Assembly: GCA_963693365.1 (NCBI GenBank)
Contig: CAVNZM010000003.1
Span: 9,794,782-9,858,781, forward strand
DNA length: 64,000 bases
Source: Amoebidium appalachense
Taxonomy: Eukaryota; Protista; Ichthyosporea
Direction: 5' to 3'
Positions 42,696-53,543 of the stretch are shown in pieces (positions within the stretch are counted from its first letter, which is position 1; every line of letters begins with the position of its first letter). The translations under genes were made by a program, and so were the position numbers. The notes under the pieces are model-generated. The model was not told the DNA's origin, made no database searches, and saw only the letters and a list, made by a program, of their open reading frames with translations.

Positions 42696-43944
42696 AAGAT
42701 AAGGGCTTTAAATGTCACAGCAGCGAACGAGCTGCAAGTGTAAGTGCCATCTGTTTTGGCGGTCCGCCCTTGACCTCAAGATGACAAAAAGAACAAAACT
42801 AACAAATTCAATAGAAATAGGATCAAAAACCAGAAAAATGTATTTCTTATATAAAATAATGATGAAAATAAAAACACATGACAAAAATTGCTATTTTAAT
42901 TTATTTTGAAGTAGTTTGTGTGAGTAAATGCCAAATAGAAATTTATTCCAATCTCAAAGCCTCACCATCTGATTGGATCTTTGTAATGGCTCACACCCGA
43001 AAGCCAATCCGATAAGTCTAAGGCTCTTTGCGGGAATGTGGATACAATGTTGCATGATATGCGAACCGGAACCTGCTTTGACCCGTATCTTCGGCGTAGT
43101 CTAATAGCATTCAAGACCCGTCACCCATCACCCAACCCAGTGGGAACTCTTCTCTTCCCGCACACACGACACGTAGGGCTCCCTCCCGCGTGAAAAAGAG
43201 TTTTAGTTTCTAAAAATACCGGAAGAGCTCGGCCACAACGAGCCAGAGTCAAACTTCGAAGGCCCCACGCACATTTTAGCTCCAAAATCCCGTGTATGTA
43301 TACGGGGGAAAGGTTTGAACGAAACACAACACACACTGTGGTAGTTTGAGCCTTGTTCTGGGAAAATACGATGTAAGTTATGTTTGAACTCTACTACTTA
43401 CATCCACGATTATAAACGATGGCAATAAGTTGTATATAAGCAACCTATACACGGGGAAAAAATATTTCATAGCCTTTACTGGTGAAAATAATTATTAGTA
43501 AGGTGTTGCCTGTTTCCAGTTTTCAAGTGTTCAGCGTAGTCCAACAGTTCCTGTCGTTACTTCTCTTGCTTCTCTGAGCGGTTGTTCCCAGCTTTCTTTT
43601 TTTCTCCCCTCGCCTTTCCACTCACAACCACGCTTTTTTGTGGCCGGGTGCATAATTTTCTGAACAAAAGGGGTTTGTTTCTACCCTTTTTACGAAAGCC
43701 TTACTCAGTACCCGTCCGTCGAACTTAGAAACTTTAATTAATTTAGAAGGAGTGGAGAACAAGGACTATTGTTTACCACCGAATGTGATTTTTGGTTTAC
43801 CTTTCCAGCCAATAACCAATACGTTTAGCCACAGTGTCACTCCGGATGTGTGAAAATCATACATACAGCCGCTGAAGTTGAATGTCGTAACTCAACTTCC
43901 TTTCTCCATAATCTATAATTACATACGCGAAAAACACGGGGAAA

Positions 43945-44449
43945 ATGTTGGAAATTATTGCTGTTGGTGCAACAGCCTCTGCCGGGTGTGCGGCTCTATA
44001 CCTCTTCCGACGTATGCGCAACATGTACGGCGAAAAGAAGCAAATGGAAACCCTACGCGCTATCGAATTTTCGCCCGGTGAGGAAGAGGCTATAAGGGTA
44101 AGCAATCCCTTATTCTTTTCAGTGTTGCTCCGCCTTGGTCTGTCCAATTTTCGGTGTGTTTTTTTTTTATTTTTTTGCATTTTCCTGTAAATGTAACGTC
44201 ATGCTTTCCAAAATGTTATCTGCGCAAGCACCACCCATTCTGTGGCTAGCCACATGTCTTGTTAAGGTAAAGCCTTGAGATTGCGATTAATTTGGTGGTG
44301 GTGGAGGAAGGGAGGGAGGGCCAGGGGGGGGGGGGGGGGGGGGGGGGGATTAAGGGAAGGAACCACATGTGCCAAAACGAAGCCCCCTCTCTCCAACCTT
44401 ACCATCACCTACCTACCATCCCGGTGTAGAGTCTTGTTTTTTGGGCATT

Positions 44450-44517
<68 letters not shown>

Positions 44518-44552
44518 TGATTGCATTTCATCTTATTAAAATCTATGCGCCC

Positions 44553-44584
<32 letters not shown>

Positions 44585-45091
44585 TTTTTTTTTTTTTTTT
44601 TTGTGGTGCAAGGCCTCCCAGCCACCAGACTCGCGCTTTCCGATTGAAGTATGAAGACACACTACAGGCTTGCTCCGCCTTCCCCCCACACCTTCCCCTA
44701 CCCCTCCCCTACCCTTCCCCTACCACCTCATCCACCATCACCACGATACCTGTTCTACCTACCTTTCCCGTAGGGAAAATGATTATCAGCCTGATATCAA
44801 ACCATAATACGTATATAACACTTGAGTAACGTAATCGACGATCAATATTTCACACCTTAGCACAGTACGGGTAAATTGAAATCACATCTTAGCACAAATT
44901 CCCTTATTTTTTAAGATAATTTTACGCCAGCCCTTAGCACAGCAAGTTAACCCTAATCGTTTCATTAGGAAACATGCCGTGCCATGGCTGAAGGGGTGAA
45001 AACGAAACGTCGTCGCCGTGGCCCCGCCATCGACTATGGAATGTGCTTCTCTGGGGAGGATGCCGTGAACTGGCTAGTTCAGAGCAAGTCA

Positions 45092-45125
<34 letters not shown>

Positions 45126-45165
45126 CCTCTTCCACAACCCACCCTACCACCACACACACATGCAT

Positions 45166-45199
<34 letters not shown>

Positions 45200-45376
45200 C
45201 AAAAACAAGAAAACAGACAGATAAGATTAAAAAAATCACAAAAATTGGCCCGATCACCTTCGCAACAGCCTTACCGGGCGGTAATGCAGGTAGTGCAGTG
45301 TTGTGCACGTGGGAGCAACGAAACGTGAAAATTGCAAACGTCTTCACACGCATGTATGAATACACACACACACACA

Positions 45377-45421
<45 letters not shown>

Positions 45422-48180
45422 CCCTTCTCTACTCTCTCTGTCTCCCCCCCCCCCTCTCCCCCCCCCCCCCCCCCCCCCCCCCCGCCCTCTCTCTTTGTCT
45501 CGCTCTCTCTCTGTCTCTCTCTCTCCCTCCCCGCTCCTTTTCTACCTCCCTCCATCCATTCCTCTCTCGTTCTCCGCCTCCTCCCTCCCCCCCTCGGGCC
45601 CAACCACGACCACGACCACACGCACACATATGCACGCACGCACAAACACACACACACACGCTCCCACCTCACCCCTTTTTCCCAATCCGTTCTTCTTTCA
45701 GCTTTCTTCACTCCCCCCCCCCTTCCCCCGCCCCCCCCCCCCCCCCCTCCCCCCTTGCCCCTTGCCCCTACCCCTGGGGATGGGCTCTCCTTATGTTGAA
45801 TGTTCAGTTAGTTCTACAATCTATCACTCCCCCCCCTCCCCCCCCCCCCCCCCCCCTTCCAAACAGACACACACACATCACTACTACCACCACCACTTCG
45901 CCCACATGTCCGTATACCCGAATCTGCCCTCCCATTGGCTTTCACGTAGAAAAGCCAGTCTTTTACTGTGCTGTTAATTAATGTTTATGCATCATTGCAC
46001 TTCATGATACTTATTTCTTATTACGGTTGCTTTTACAGCCTTTGCTTATGTAACTACAAAATAAAAATAAATGTAATGGAGGACTTCAGAAACTGATAGC
46101 CAAAGGGCCCGGGAGAGGGATAAAGAGCCAATCCTTACATGTCATTTTTGCCCATATCAGGAAGGTACCCTGTGTGCTCGAAGCCAATCAGCTCTGCCTA
46201 AAGATGATAGCGCTCGGTCTTGTTGGGAGTATCGGGAAACGTTCCGGATTCTACTGCTCCAAACACAAATACTACGTTTTTGCACCCGAAGTTCGAATGA
46301 AACCCCCCACACTACCACCGTACACGGGACCCAATCACATCGAGGAGATTCCGATGGGGTGCGAACCGCCTACGTACGACACGTGTGTCGGGGACGTGCG
46401 ATGGGTCGATCTGAATAGCAGGTGGGCGAACACGAGTTCATTCATAAGGGGTGCGGCTGCCTCGATTGGGTCTGATTTAGATCCACAGCCCCCCCCCCCC
46501 CCCCCCCCCCCCCCCTCCCCTGTCCTTCCCCCCTTCCCCTTTTTCTAAGCGCGAATGCACAGGCACCGCGATGTGCAAAGACACACACGCACACGCACAC
46601 GCACACACTCCAATCCCTGAATCCCATCCCTCCACCCCTTCCCCTCCTTCCCTCCCTCCCCCCCCCCCCCCCCCCCCCTCGGCGTTGCAAGCACACACAC
46701 ACACACACCACACAATAATACACACCAAACCCCCAATCCTATCCCCCCCCCCCCCTCCCCCCCCCCCCCTCCCCCTCCTCCCTCCCTCCCCACCCCTCCC
46801 TATGGAGTTAAATATTTGACAATCTTGCCCTCTTAGAAAGCCTGTGCAGTAACACTGTGTCAAAGATTTAAAGTCATGAGATATGTGTTTATGATTGGGT
46901 TGGGCTTTTGAGGCGGCCCGCAGGCAGGTGTGTGTGTGTATTGGGGAGGGGGGGGGGGGGGGGGGGTATGGGCTGGAAATATAGGGCCTAGTATATGTTG
47001 GCCCCCTCCTTCTCCCCCGGTCATATTACTGTCTTGCATTCATAGTTCTCAAAACCTCCTCAACACCTCCCCCCCCTCCCCCCCCCCCCTCCCCCGGATG
47101 ACTTGGGTCCTCCCTGAGGATGGGCTCTGCTTATGACGCATACTGTGCACATGGCTGATTTTGCATACTTGAATGTTTGCCTTTGCATGTGTCCTGCACC
47201 ATGCTTCTCGTCGTGTATGCGTACTTCGTACCGTGTTCCGCATTCAAACCCCCCCAGTCTTCTTTCAGAGGTGTCCTTTCAGGACAGACCACTGTGTGGA
47301 GACCGCTTTACTTCCATGCAACCGGGCATGGTTGCTCTGTGTCGTGCATCTGTAAGCATATACGCATTTTTCGCTGCACTGCATTAGTTTGCACACACAT
47401 CTTCACCGTTTTGCTCACCTTGCTTGCATAAGCAACCCTGCTCGTCTTTGATCAAGACGGGTTGACCCGCCCAAGTTCAGTTGATGCTGCTGTCTGAGTT
47501 GGAGCGTCGAATACACGCGGGCTAAGGGGTCGAAACTCAGACGCAATTGATGACTTGGGTCCTCCCTGAGGATGGGCTCTGCTTATGACGCATACTGTGC
47601 ACATGGCTGATGTTGCATACTTGAAAGTTTGCCTTTGCATGTGTCCTGCACCATGCTTCTCGTCGTGTATGCGTGCTTCGTACCGTGTTCCACATTCAAC
47701 CCCCCCCCCCCCCCCCCCCCCCCCTGAAGTGTCTTCTGCCTGCACACTTCTCATTTTTGTGACGTTTTTGTTGTTGCTTTTTGTTGTCTCCTCCATATTT
47801 CCAACCCTCTAACGCATACATCAAACCCTCCCCCCCCCTCCTCCCCCCCCCCCCCCCCACACACACACAGACGTGCATGTGCATATCTACAAGCAGACAC
47901 ACACATAGGCGTGTGCATGCACGCGCACACACGTACAGACTCACACACCCGGCAAATTCCACACAAGACTTTTTGCGCACGCACACGCGCACACAGAAAC
48001 ACGCACAACAGTGTGGTCACTGCCCGGAAAATCTGGTGCTTTTCCCATCTCTTCTTTGGCACCTCGCAACCTCCAATTCGAAACTGCCTGTCTCCCACAT
48101 TTCCTTCACTAACCCAACCCCCCTTTTTTCCCTACAGAAGTTCATCGCCACCAGAATACCATGAGCTGAGCCGTCTTTAA
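43945..48180 (+). CDS. Small membrane-anchored DEP-domain protein with PY motifs (paralogue A); 4 exons, 191 aa
   Basis: Exons 43945-44097, 44969-45087, 46161-46421 and 48138-48180 (TAA) are phase-consistent. N-terminal hydrophobic segment MLEIIAVGATASAGCAALYLF is followed by RR. DEP signature CFSGEDAVNWLV...EANQLCLKMIALGLV...FYCSKHKYYVF. C-terminal LPPY, PPTY and PPEY. Confidence 0.85.
47097..47699 (+). mobile_element. Poly-C-embedded repeat family, longest copy with A-B-A structure (~152-bp direct repeats)
   Basis: A1 47097-47248, C7 47249-47255, internal region to 47548, A2 47549-47699 (few mismatches). Poly-C on both flanks. Non-coding, in intron 3 of DEP paralogue A. Confidence 0.88.
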
Positions 48181-49121
48181 TATTCTCAAGGCCCTGCCTG
48201 GATCGTTAAAGCAGCTCGGTCATCCCTGAGTTATCTGGCTGTGCAGCTCCGATGATAAGAATGGATGGACTTCTTTTGAGGTGTTTGCCCGGGTGATGTG
48301 TTTAATTGGTATATAGGGGGCCCAATTCTTCCCGATCGAGTCTCCCCCCCCCCCCCCTCTTTCCGTCTTCTCTGTTTCCCTTTTCTTTTGTTTAAAAGTC
48401 TAACAACTTCAGCTTCGCACTGTTGTAAAACGCGATGAATACGAGTGTTGTTTTATTAATTTGCTTGCTTTAAAAAGTTTGGTTTCTGAACTTAGGGCTT
48501 CTAAGCAGTTTGTAAACTTTGTGTGCGTGTGCTCCAGAGTCGAAATAATATTACGCGTCAGTCTTTCTTTTGATGAATCGCGCATCTCTTTCTTTTGATA
48601 ATCAAAAATATCTCACAAGCTGCCTCTGCAAGAGGGAATTCTCCGTTTTAACGGCTCTTTTTTATGTCTACTGATGATTGTAGCCTTGGTAAGAACGTGA
48701 AGCCGTACGCATGCATGTTTCTTCCGGCCCGCCTTTTGTTTTCTGTTGAGATTTTGGTGAGACCAGAAAGCAAGGCCTTGCTAAAAAAAAAAAGAAGAGA
48801 GAGCACGCCACTGTGTGGACAGATGCTTTTGTAAACACTAAAAAAAGGGGACTGTCTCGTCTATCTCATCTCAACCTGGGTGGCCCGCAGTCACGGAGCA
48901 AGGTGTGATTGAGGATTGAGAAAGGGGGGGGGGGGGGGGGGGGGTGACACGGTATTCAATTCCAGGTTCTTGCGTGTCTATACATGCCGGAGGCAAGACT
49001 TCCCCCTCACTCCCGTCGTGGCTCCCCGAGGTGACCGAGACAAAGAGAAGCAGAAATGCAAGTCAGTGAGGAATTTTATTATTGATTTTAGCCCTAATAA
49101 ATAATATCAGTATCTGATCAG

Positions 49122-49159
49122 AAAACCCCCAAAACCCCCGGATAAACCCCCTAAACCCC
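49122..49159 (-). repeat. Short telomere-like, G-quadruplex-capable array downstream of the YR ORF
   Basis: The - strand reads GGGG TTTA GGGGG TTTATCC GGGGG TTTT GGGGG TTTT. Confidence 0.7.
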
Positions 49160-49368
49160 AGAACACTGTGTGTGTGTGCACACGTGTGTGTGTGTGTATG
49201 TGTGTGTGTTTGTGTGTGTATGATAGGCTATTGAAGGAACAGCACTTCCAGCACACAATGGCCGAAAGAACCCCTTCATCTATCCAAACCTACCCTACTT
49301 GTTTTTATTTTGTGATTGTGTCTTTTAAATAATGTGTGTTGGGTGTGTGTAGTAGAAGCCTGTAGCTG

Positions 49369-50085
49369 CTAATCGTGCGTAATCATGTGTGGCCTACGGG
49401 CCAAGGATTTTGCCTGGGCTGACAGATGAGCGGGCATTGAAATTGCCAGGAGCATGGCCTTGTTCGTGTCAATGTAGTGGTTGAAAGGCGTCGTGAAATT
49501 ACGCCACCGACCATTGATACGAATTTGCTCATAGTCCTCCCCTCTGAGTGCTGCTGTGGAGGCTGCCCCGTGCCGTGTGCTGTACAATGAGAAGTCGCTA
49601 TCCAGGCCCACAGCCGTCAGACTCTGTTGCATACGAGTTGCTACCAGCGATGGTGTGTACCCAGGATGAAACAGAGGGTCGGATGGGCGGGAGCCATGGG
49701 GAAATGCACCCACTGCCATGAGCTTCTGCAGCAAATGCAAGCACACTGGATCACGGATCACCACCATCTGATGATTGCCCGTTTTGGACCGTGGAAGAAG
49801 CAACACTGCACTGCCCGCTGGAGCATTGATTTCAATCAACCGTGGATCATTCGGAGGAATGAAGTCTGCCACCGTGCGCCGCGAGAGCTCCCCCGGCCGG
49901 GTGTAGGTTGCGAATGACATACACAGATAGAGTGCTACGTGCGGCATCTTGTATTCCCACAGAGCCGACACTGCCAAAATCATGTAGTCGTAGGGGAGTG
50001 GTCTGTGGTGATTGGTCGGGTTAGCATGGTCCCACCCCCTTAGGACCCTGGCCGACAGGACCAAGGAGTCCTTGCACCGTCTGGG
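49369..50085 (-). CDS. Tyrosine recombinase catalytic domain (frameshifted continuation of the RT-RH ORF)
   Basis: RVLRGW...RPLP, TYTRPGE (R), RSKTG (K), LYSTRHGAAS (Y replacing H in HxxR), GRW, and NHYID (catalytic Y). Stop at 49369-49371. Confidence 0.9.
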   Translation of the reverse strand, partial: PRRCKDSLVLSARVLRGWDHANPTNHHRPLPYDYMILAVSALWEYKMPHVALYLCMSFATYTRPGELSRRTVADFIPPNDPRLIEINAPAGSAVLLLPRSKTGNHQMVVIRDPVCLHLLQKLMAVGAFPHGSRPSDPLFHPGYTPSLVATRMQQSLTAVGLDSDFSLYSTRHGAASTAALRGEDYEQIRINGRWRNFTTPFNHYIDTNKAMLLAISMPAHLSAQAKSLARRPHMITHD

Positions 50086-52903
50086 GATAGAAATGGTGGA
50101 TGGCTGACAGCACCGTCTTGCAGTGGGCGAGCCCGCTGCGGGTCTCTCCCAACTCTTCGTACATGTCAGCTGCATAGCTCGCAAGCATGTTATCCACCTG
50201 CTCTACCGACTGGAAGGTGCTCACCCCATCTTCCACACACCACGCTACGAATTTGTTCAAGGCGTTGTCGTATTTCGCCACTGTGGGAGCCGTGACATTG
50301 AGATTGAGCATATGCGTGATTTTTGCAGAGGGGACGACGTCACGTGACGGCATGTCTGCTGGATTGTGGGCAGAAGGGACCCACACCCACGCCGGTCGAA
50401 GTGCGGCTGCACACACAAGTGCTGCCACCCGCCGGCACAGATGGTTTAGCCGTCGTGAACTCGATCTACCCTTGGCCACCGCAAACAATAAAGATGTGTT
50501 GTCGATGAGATGAGCTACTCTGGTGCTGTGATTTTGTGGTGCTCGCGTGAAACGTCGTAGTGATAATAGCAGCGCGTGCCCCTCGAGGATGGTGATGTGA
50601 TCTTCGTGCCGCCACGGAGTAGATATCGGATGGTGCCACTGCAGACCGTCAACTACTTTCAGAAAAGAGTCGTCGGTCGTGGGGTGGTTCGTGCTGTCGT
50701 TACATTCATCGGCTGAAAGGGCGTTAATCACGAGCTCACCGGTGTCGTCCACAGGCCCCAAGAAGGAATAACCGGGTCTGGACACCGACTGTGCTAATGC
50801 CGTCAACGATTGCTCAGCCGTAACGGACGCAATAGAAACACCTGCTCCCTTGGTGGACGCATCTGATGCCAACAGAAGAGAGGCGGGAGCAGCCGTCAAA
50901 TCACACACAATGAGAGGTGCCAAATCCACCAACAGGGCCAACTCCCCCTTGACTGCAGAGGGGATTGGGCATGCCGTTAGTGGACATTGGCCGGCTGACA
51001 ACGCAAACTGATAACTCGCCTCTAACACAGAAAATAAAGCTCTATTCAAAAGCAACAACCACGCCCAGCCCCCAAGCAAACGAGATAACGCCCGTGGAGC
51101 CACCTCCCGCATGAACAGAACCGCCTTTGTGTCGGCTAGTAGCCGCGCCAACCGTGATGCATCCGGTCGAATAACACCGTCCCGTCCTATAGCCAACCCA
51201 AGTGCTACGGTCTCCGGGTGGTCTCGTGACGCCGTGACCGTTTTGGACGGTTTTATTTCGAATCCGTGTGTCTCTCCAGCGCGCCCGGCTGCCGTCATCT
51301 CGGAATTTACAGTAGATTCCTCCAACCCAACCCCCACCCAATCATCCACGTAGATCAAATGTGCCGTATCCGATTGGTCGGTAATGGAATGTGCCGGTGA
51401 AGAATTCGATTGGATGCATCGTTCGATACGTAAAGGCGGGTGCGTGATGTGCTGGTGAGAACGTTGGGCGACAAACGGTGCCCATTTCCAGCCCATCGGC
51501 ATAGACAACACCCGCGGATACACCAACCTATCGACACCCGGCAGTCCCACTGCTGAAGACGAAACCGGCGGAAGCCCTTGGTACCAAGACAGCCAGTCTG
51601 GCACCCGAAAACGGTGGTAGAAATTCGAAAAATCGTACTTGGCCACCACCACCGCTGCGTCCTTCGGAACAATGATACTACACAAATCTGCCGGACTGGG
51701 AAAATTCGGATTGGGCGGGTCTATCATGACTGCATTCATGGGGCGAGCATCCATGATAAGACGGTCTTCCTTCTCATCTTTCTCCACCGCAAATAAACCA
51801 TTGATAATCTTTGGGGGCTCCGAAATTTCTGAAAAAGCAACCATACCACAAACATACATACGCTTAGCCAATATAGGCCACTCCGCAGGCGACGCAAATG
51901 CATGGACAGGACGCCCGGGCAAAGGGTGGGCTCCTTCAGCACCCTCAGTGGTGCTCTCAGTTGCCAACACGCCCCCAAGCCCGCAAACTCCGTGACCGTT
52001 CGGCTGTCCGACCGCGTCACCCGTGCGATTTGACGCCACCACCAACACGTTTGGCTTCTCCATCATCTCCTTGAGGTCAGGTGGAAGGACCTCTAGGAGC
52101 GGAACTGTTGCCCCAAACCCCTCAGGAGGAAGGGCAATACGCTCAGCAACTATGGGGGTGAAAGCTTTTGAGTGATTGAAATATGGGAAAGATTCAGACA
52201 CAGCCGCTAAGGGGACATTGCTGATCCTGCGGCGCATATCCGCGCAAAAAACGAAAATTCGCTGAATGGATTGTGTCTGTGCCGGTGAGGGTGCATGAGA
52301 AAAGTGCGTGGATTTAGGAAAAGGCGTGGGAAAAAAATGTGTGCTGGTAGGAGGGGAAAATGTTGAAAAGTGTGTGTGATTCTGGGAAGAGGTGTCGTGC
52401 ATGTTGTGCCAAACATCGTTCCTAGGAGATTCTACCGAGCCAGGTGGCCCATTATACAACGTGTTGATTGCAGCTATGGTTCTATTAACCAACTTTAACA
52501 CAGCAAATCTCTTGTTGAACCTCCCACGTCTTCTTGGAGAGGACAACCTAACACCATCAAGCAACAGCGGGACTACAAAAAGGGGAAGTGGAAGTAAATC
52601 ATTAGACACATGGGGAAACAAGCCTGGCTCAGCCGCGCCCGTGACGCCCTCACCAGGGGTACTAACATGGGGGGCTACGGGCTCACCGGTGTACCACTTC
52701 CGAGGGAAAGAACCAAACTCAGCTGGTTCCGTGGCAGCTGTGTTCGGGAACGAAGGCTGTGGACCGTGGCCTCCCCCTGCCTCAGCTGGGCAGCTGCGGG
52801 AGGCGCAGGGGGGTACGAATCTGTGGAAGCTGGGCCTAGGCATCCTTGTTGCCATCGAACGGTCCATCCACACACACGCGCGCCACCGTGACACCCCCCG
52901 CAC
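50021..52903 (-). CDS. Reverse transcriptase-RNase H polyprotein fused to the YR N-terminal (core-binding) domain
   Basis: 960-codon ORF; the first ATG is near 52867. RT motifs: GLFAVEK..DRLIMDAR, KYDFSNFYHRF, MPMGWKWAP, IYVDD, ALG. RNase H motifs: ASDAST.G.G, HITILEGHA, IDN, WVPSAHNPADMPSR. It continues into VTAPTVAKYDNALNKFVAWC, the YR N-domain. Confidence 0.92.
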   Translation of the reverse strand: MRGVSRWRACVWMDRSMATRMPRPSFHRFVPPCASRSCPAEAGGGHGPQPSFPNTAATEPAEFGSFPRKWYTGEPVAPHVSTPGEGVTGAAEPGLFPHVSNDLLPLPLFVVPLLLDGVRLSSPRRRGRFNKRFAVLKLVNRTIAAINTLYNGPPGSVESPRNDVWHNMHDTSSQNHTHFSTFSPPTSTHFFPTPFPKSTHFSHAPSPAQTQSIQRIFVFCADMRRRISNVPLAAVSESFPYFNHSKAFTPIVAERIALPPEGFGATVPLLEVLPPDLKEMMEKPNVLVVASNRTGDAVGQPNGHGVCGLGGVLATESTTEGAEGAHPLPGRPVHAFASPAEWPILAKRMYVCGMVAFSEISEPPKIINGLFAVEKDEKEDRLIMDARPMNAVMIDPPNPNFPSPADLCSIIVPKDAAVVVAKYDFSNFYHRFRVPDWLSWYQGLPPVSSSAVGLPGVDRLVYPRVLSMPMGWKWAPFVAQRSHQHITHPPLRIERCIQSNSSPAHSITDQSDTAHLIYVDDWVGVGLEESTVNSEMTAAGRAGETHGFEIKPSKTVTASRDHPETVALGLAIGRDGVIRPDASRLARLLADTKAVLFMREVAPRALSRLLGGWAWLLLLNRALFSVLEASYQFALSAGQCPLTACPIPSAVKGELALLVDLAPLIVCDLTAAPASLLLASDASTKGAGVSIASVTAEQSLTALAQSVSRPGYSFLGPVDDTGELVINALSADECNDSTNHPTTDDSFLKVVDGLQWHHPISTPWRHEDHITILEGHALLLSLRRFTRAPQNHSTRVAHLIDNTSLLFAVAKGRSSSRRLNHLCRRVAALVCAAALRPAWVWVPSAHNPADMPSRDVVPSAKITHMLNLNVTAPTVAKYDNALNKFVAWCVEDGVSTFQSVEQVDNMLASYAADMYEELGETRSGLAHCKTVLSAIHHFYPQTVQGLLGPVGQGPKGVGPC

Positions 52904-52974
52904 CTCCCCACAGGGGGAGGCCGTGTGTTTACACCGAGCTCGACTACCTAGTAGAGACCGTGCATTGACTCACA

Positions 52975-53543
52975 ATGTCGTATATAAGAGAGTTCTGCTC
53001 GGGAAGAAGAGAGGCTCACTTGCCCATGTCAAGGAAAGCAGAGCACGTATTTGTAATGCTTGGAGTTCAGAAAGTTCACTGTGACTGTATAGGCAGAGAG
53101 ACAGACAAAATTTACGTAGTTTTTCACTCTACAAGACTCCTCAGCGCTAGCGAGCTAAACAACATACTGAAGGGAAAAGACAAATGTAAAAGTCGTATTA
53201 ATATCTAGAGCGAAAAAAGGAACCTTGAAAATGAGGAGAACGAGCTGGTTAACGTTGAGTTGCCAGAATTCGTGTGACAATTGCAGAAGTCAACAGAAAA
53301 AAGGACAGCTAGCTAAGGCAACTAGTTTGTGCGCTTTTACAGTAGCACCACCAAACTTAGTTCAACCAACTAACTCTACAAATCCCTTTTACCTCTGATG
53401 CCAGACACTCACACAAACGCTAAAACGAAAACCAAAGAGAAAGCAAGAGCAAACCGTAAGGCACCAACTAATCAGACTGAGGTCTCAGCTTCTGCCCCTT
53501 TACACAAGGTGCCACCAAACCAAGAAAACACCCAAACAGCCTA
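52975..53543 (+). pseudogene. Possible decayed ORF (retroelement ORF1/gag-like) adjacent to the YR element
   Basis: 77-aa ORF 52975-53208, followed by stop-interrupted A-rich coding-like sequence with CDNCR and STNPFYL. Weak evidence. Confidence 0.25.

Larger units (their letters stand above)
48939..52930 (-). mobile_element. Tyrosine-recombinase (DIRS-order) retrotransposon, apparently gag-less; boundaries approximate
   Basis: Contains RT, RNase H and YR coding sequence in a microsatellite-free block. No - strand ORF of 60 aa or more lies upstream (52911-53850). No long ITR or split direct repeat was found. Confidence 0.85.

Noticed and set aside
41460-43900. Short ORFs in the microsatellite-free island
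   Set aside because: No recognisable protein motifs; the region looks like decayed DNA-transposon sequence plus the upstream region of paralogue A.
47470-47540. tRNA-derived SINE head (AGTTCAGTTG / GGTCGAAAC resembling A/B boxes)
   Set aside because: The boxes are poor matches, internal rather than 5'-terminal, and there is no cloverleaf.
47480-47590. Hammerhead ribozyme (retrozyme) in the A-B-A repeat: CTGAGGA, GAAAC and GTC are all present
   Set aside because: I could not assemble stems I-III in any valid permutation. CTGAGGA is sequestered in a TCCTC-CCT-GAGGA hairpin and is not followed by stem II plus GAAA. HDV and twister folds also did not fit. An Infernal scan would be decisive.
49122-49159. 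True telomere or chromosome end
   Set aside because: Only four irregular units, internal to the window and flanked by unique sequence.
50123-53084. Plus-strand ORFs overlapping the retroelement (e.g. 52392-53084, 51639-51995)
   Set aside because: Antisense shadows of the RT ORF with no recognisable motifs.
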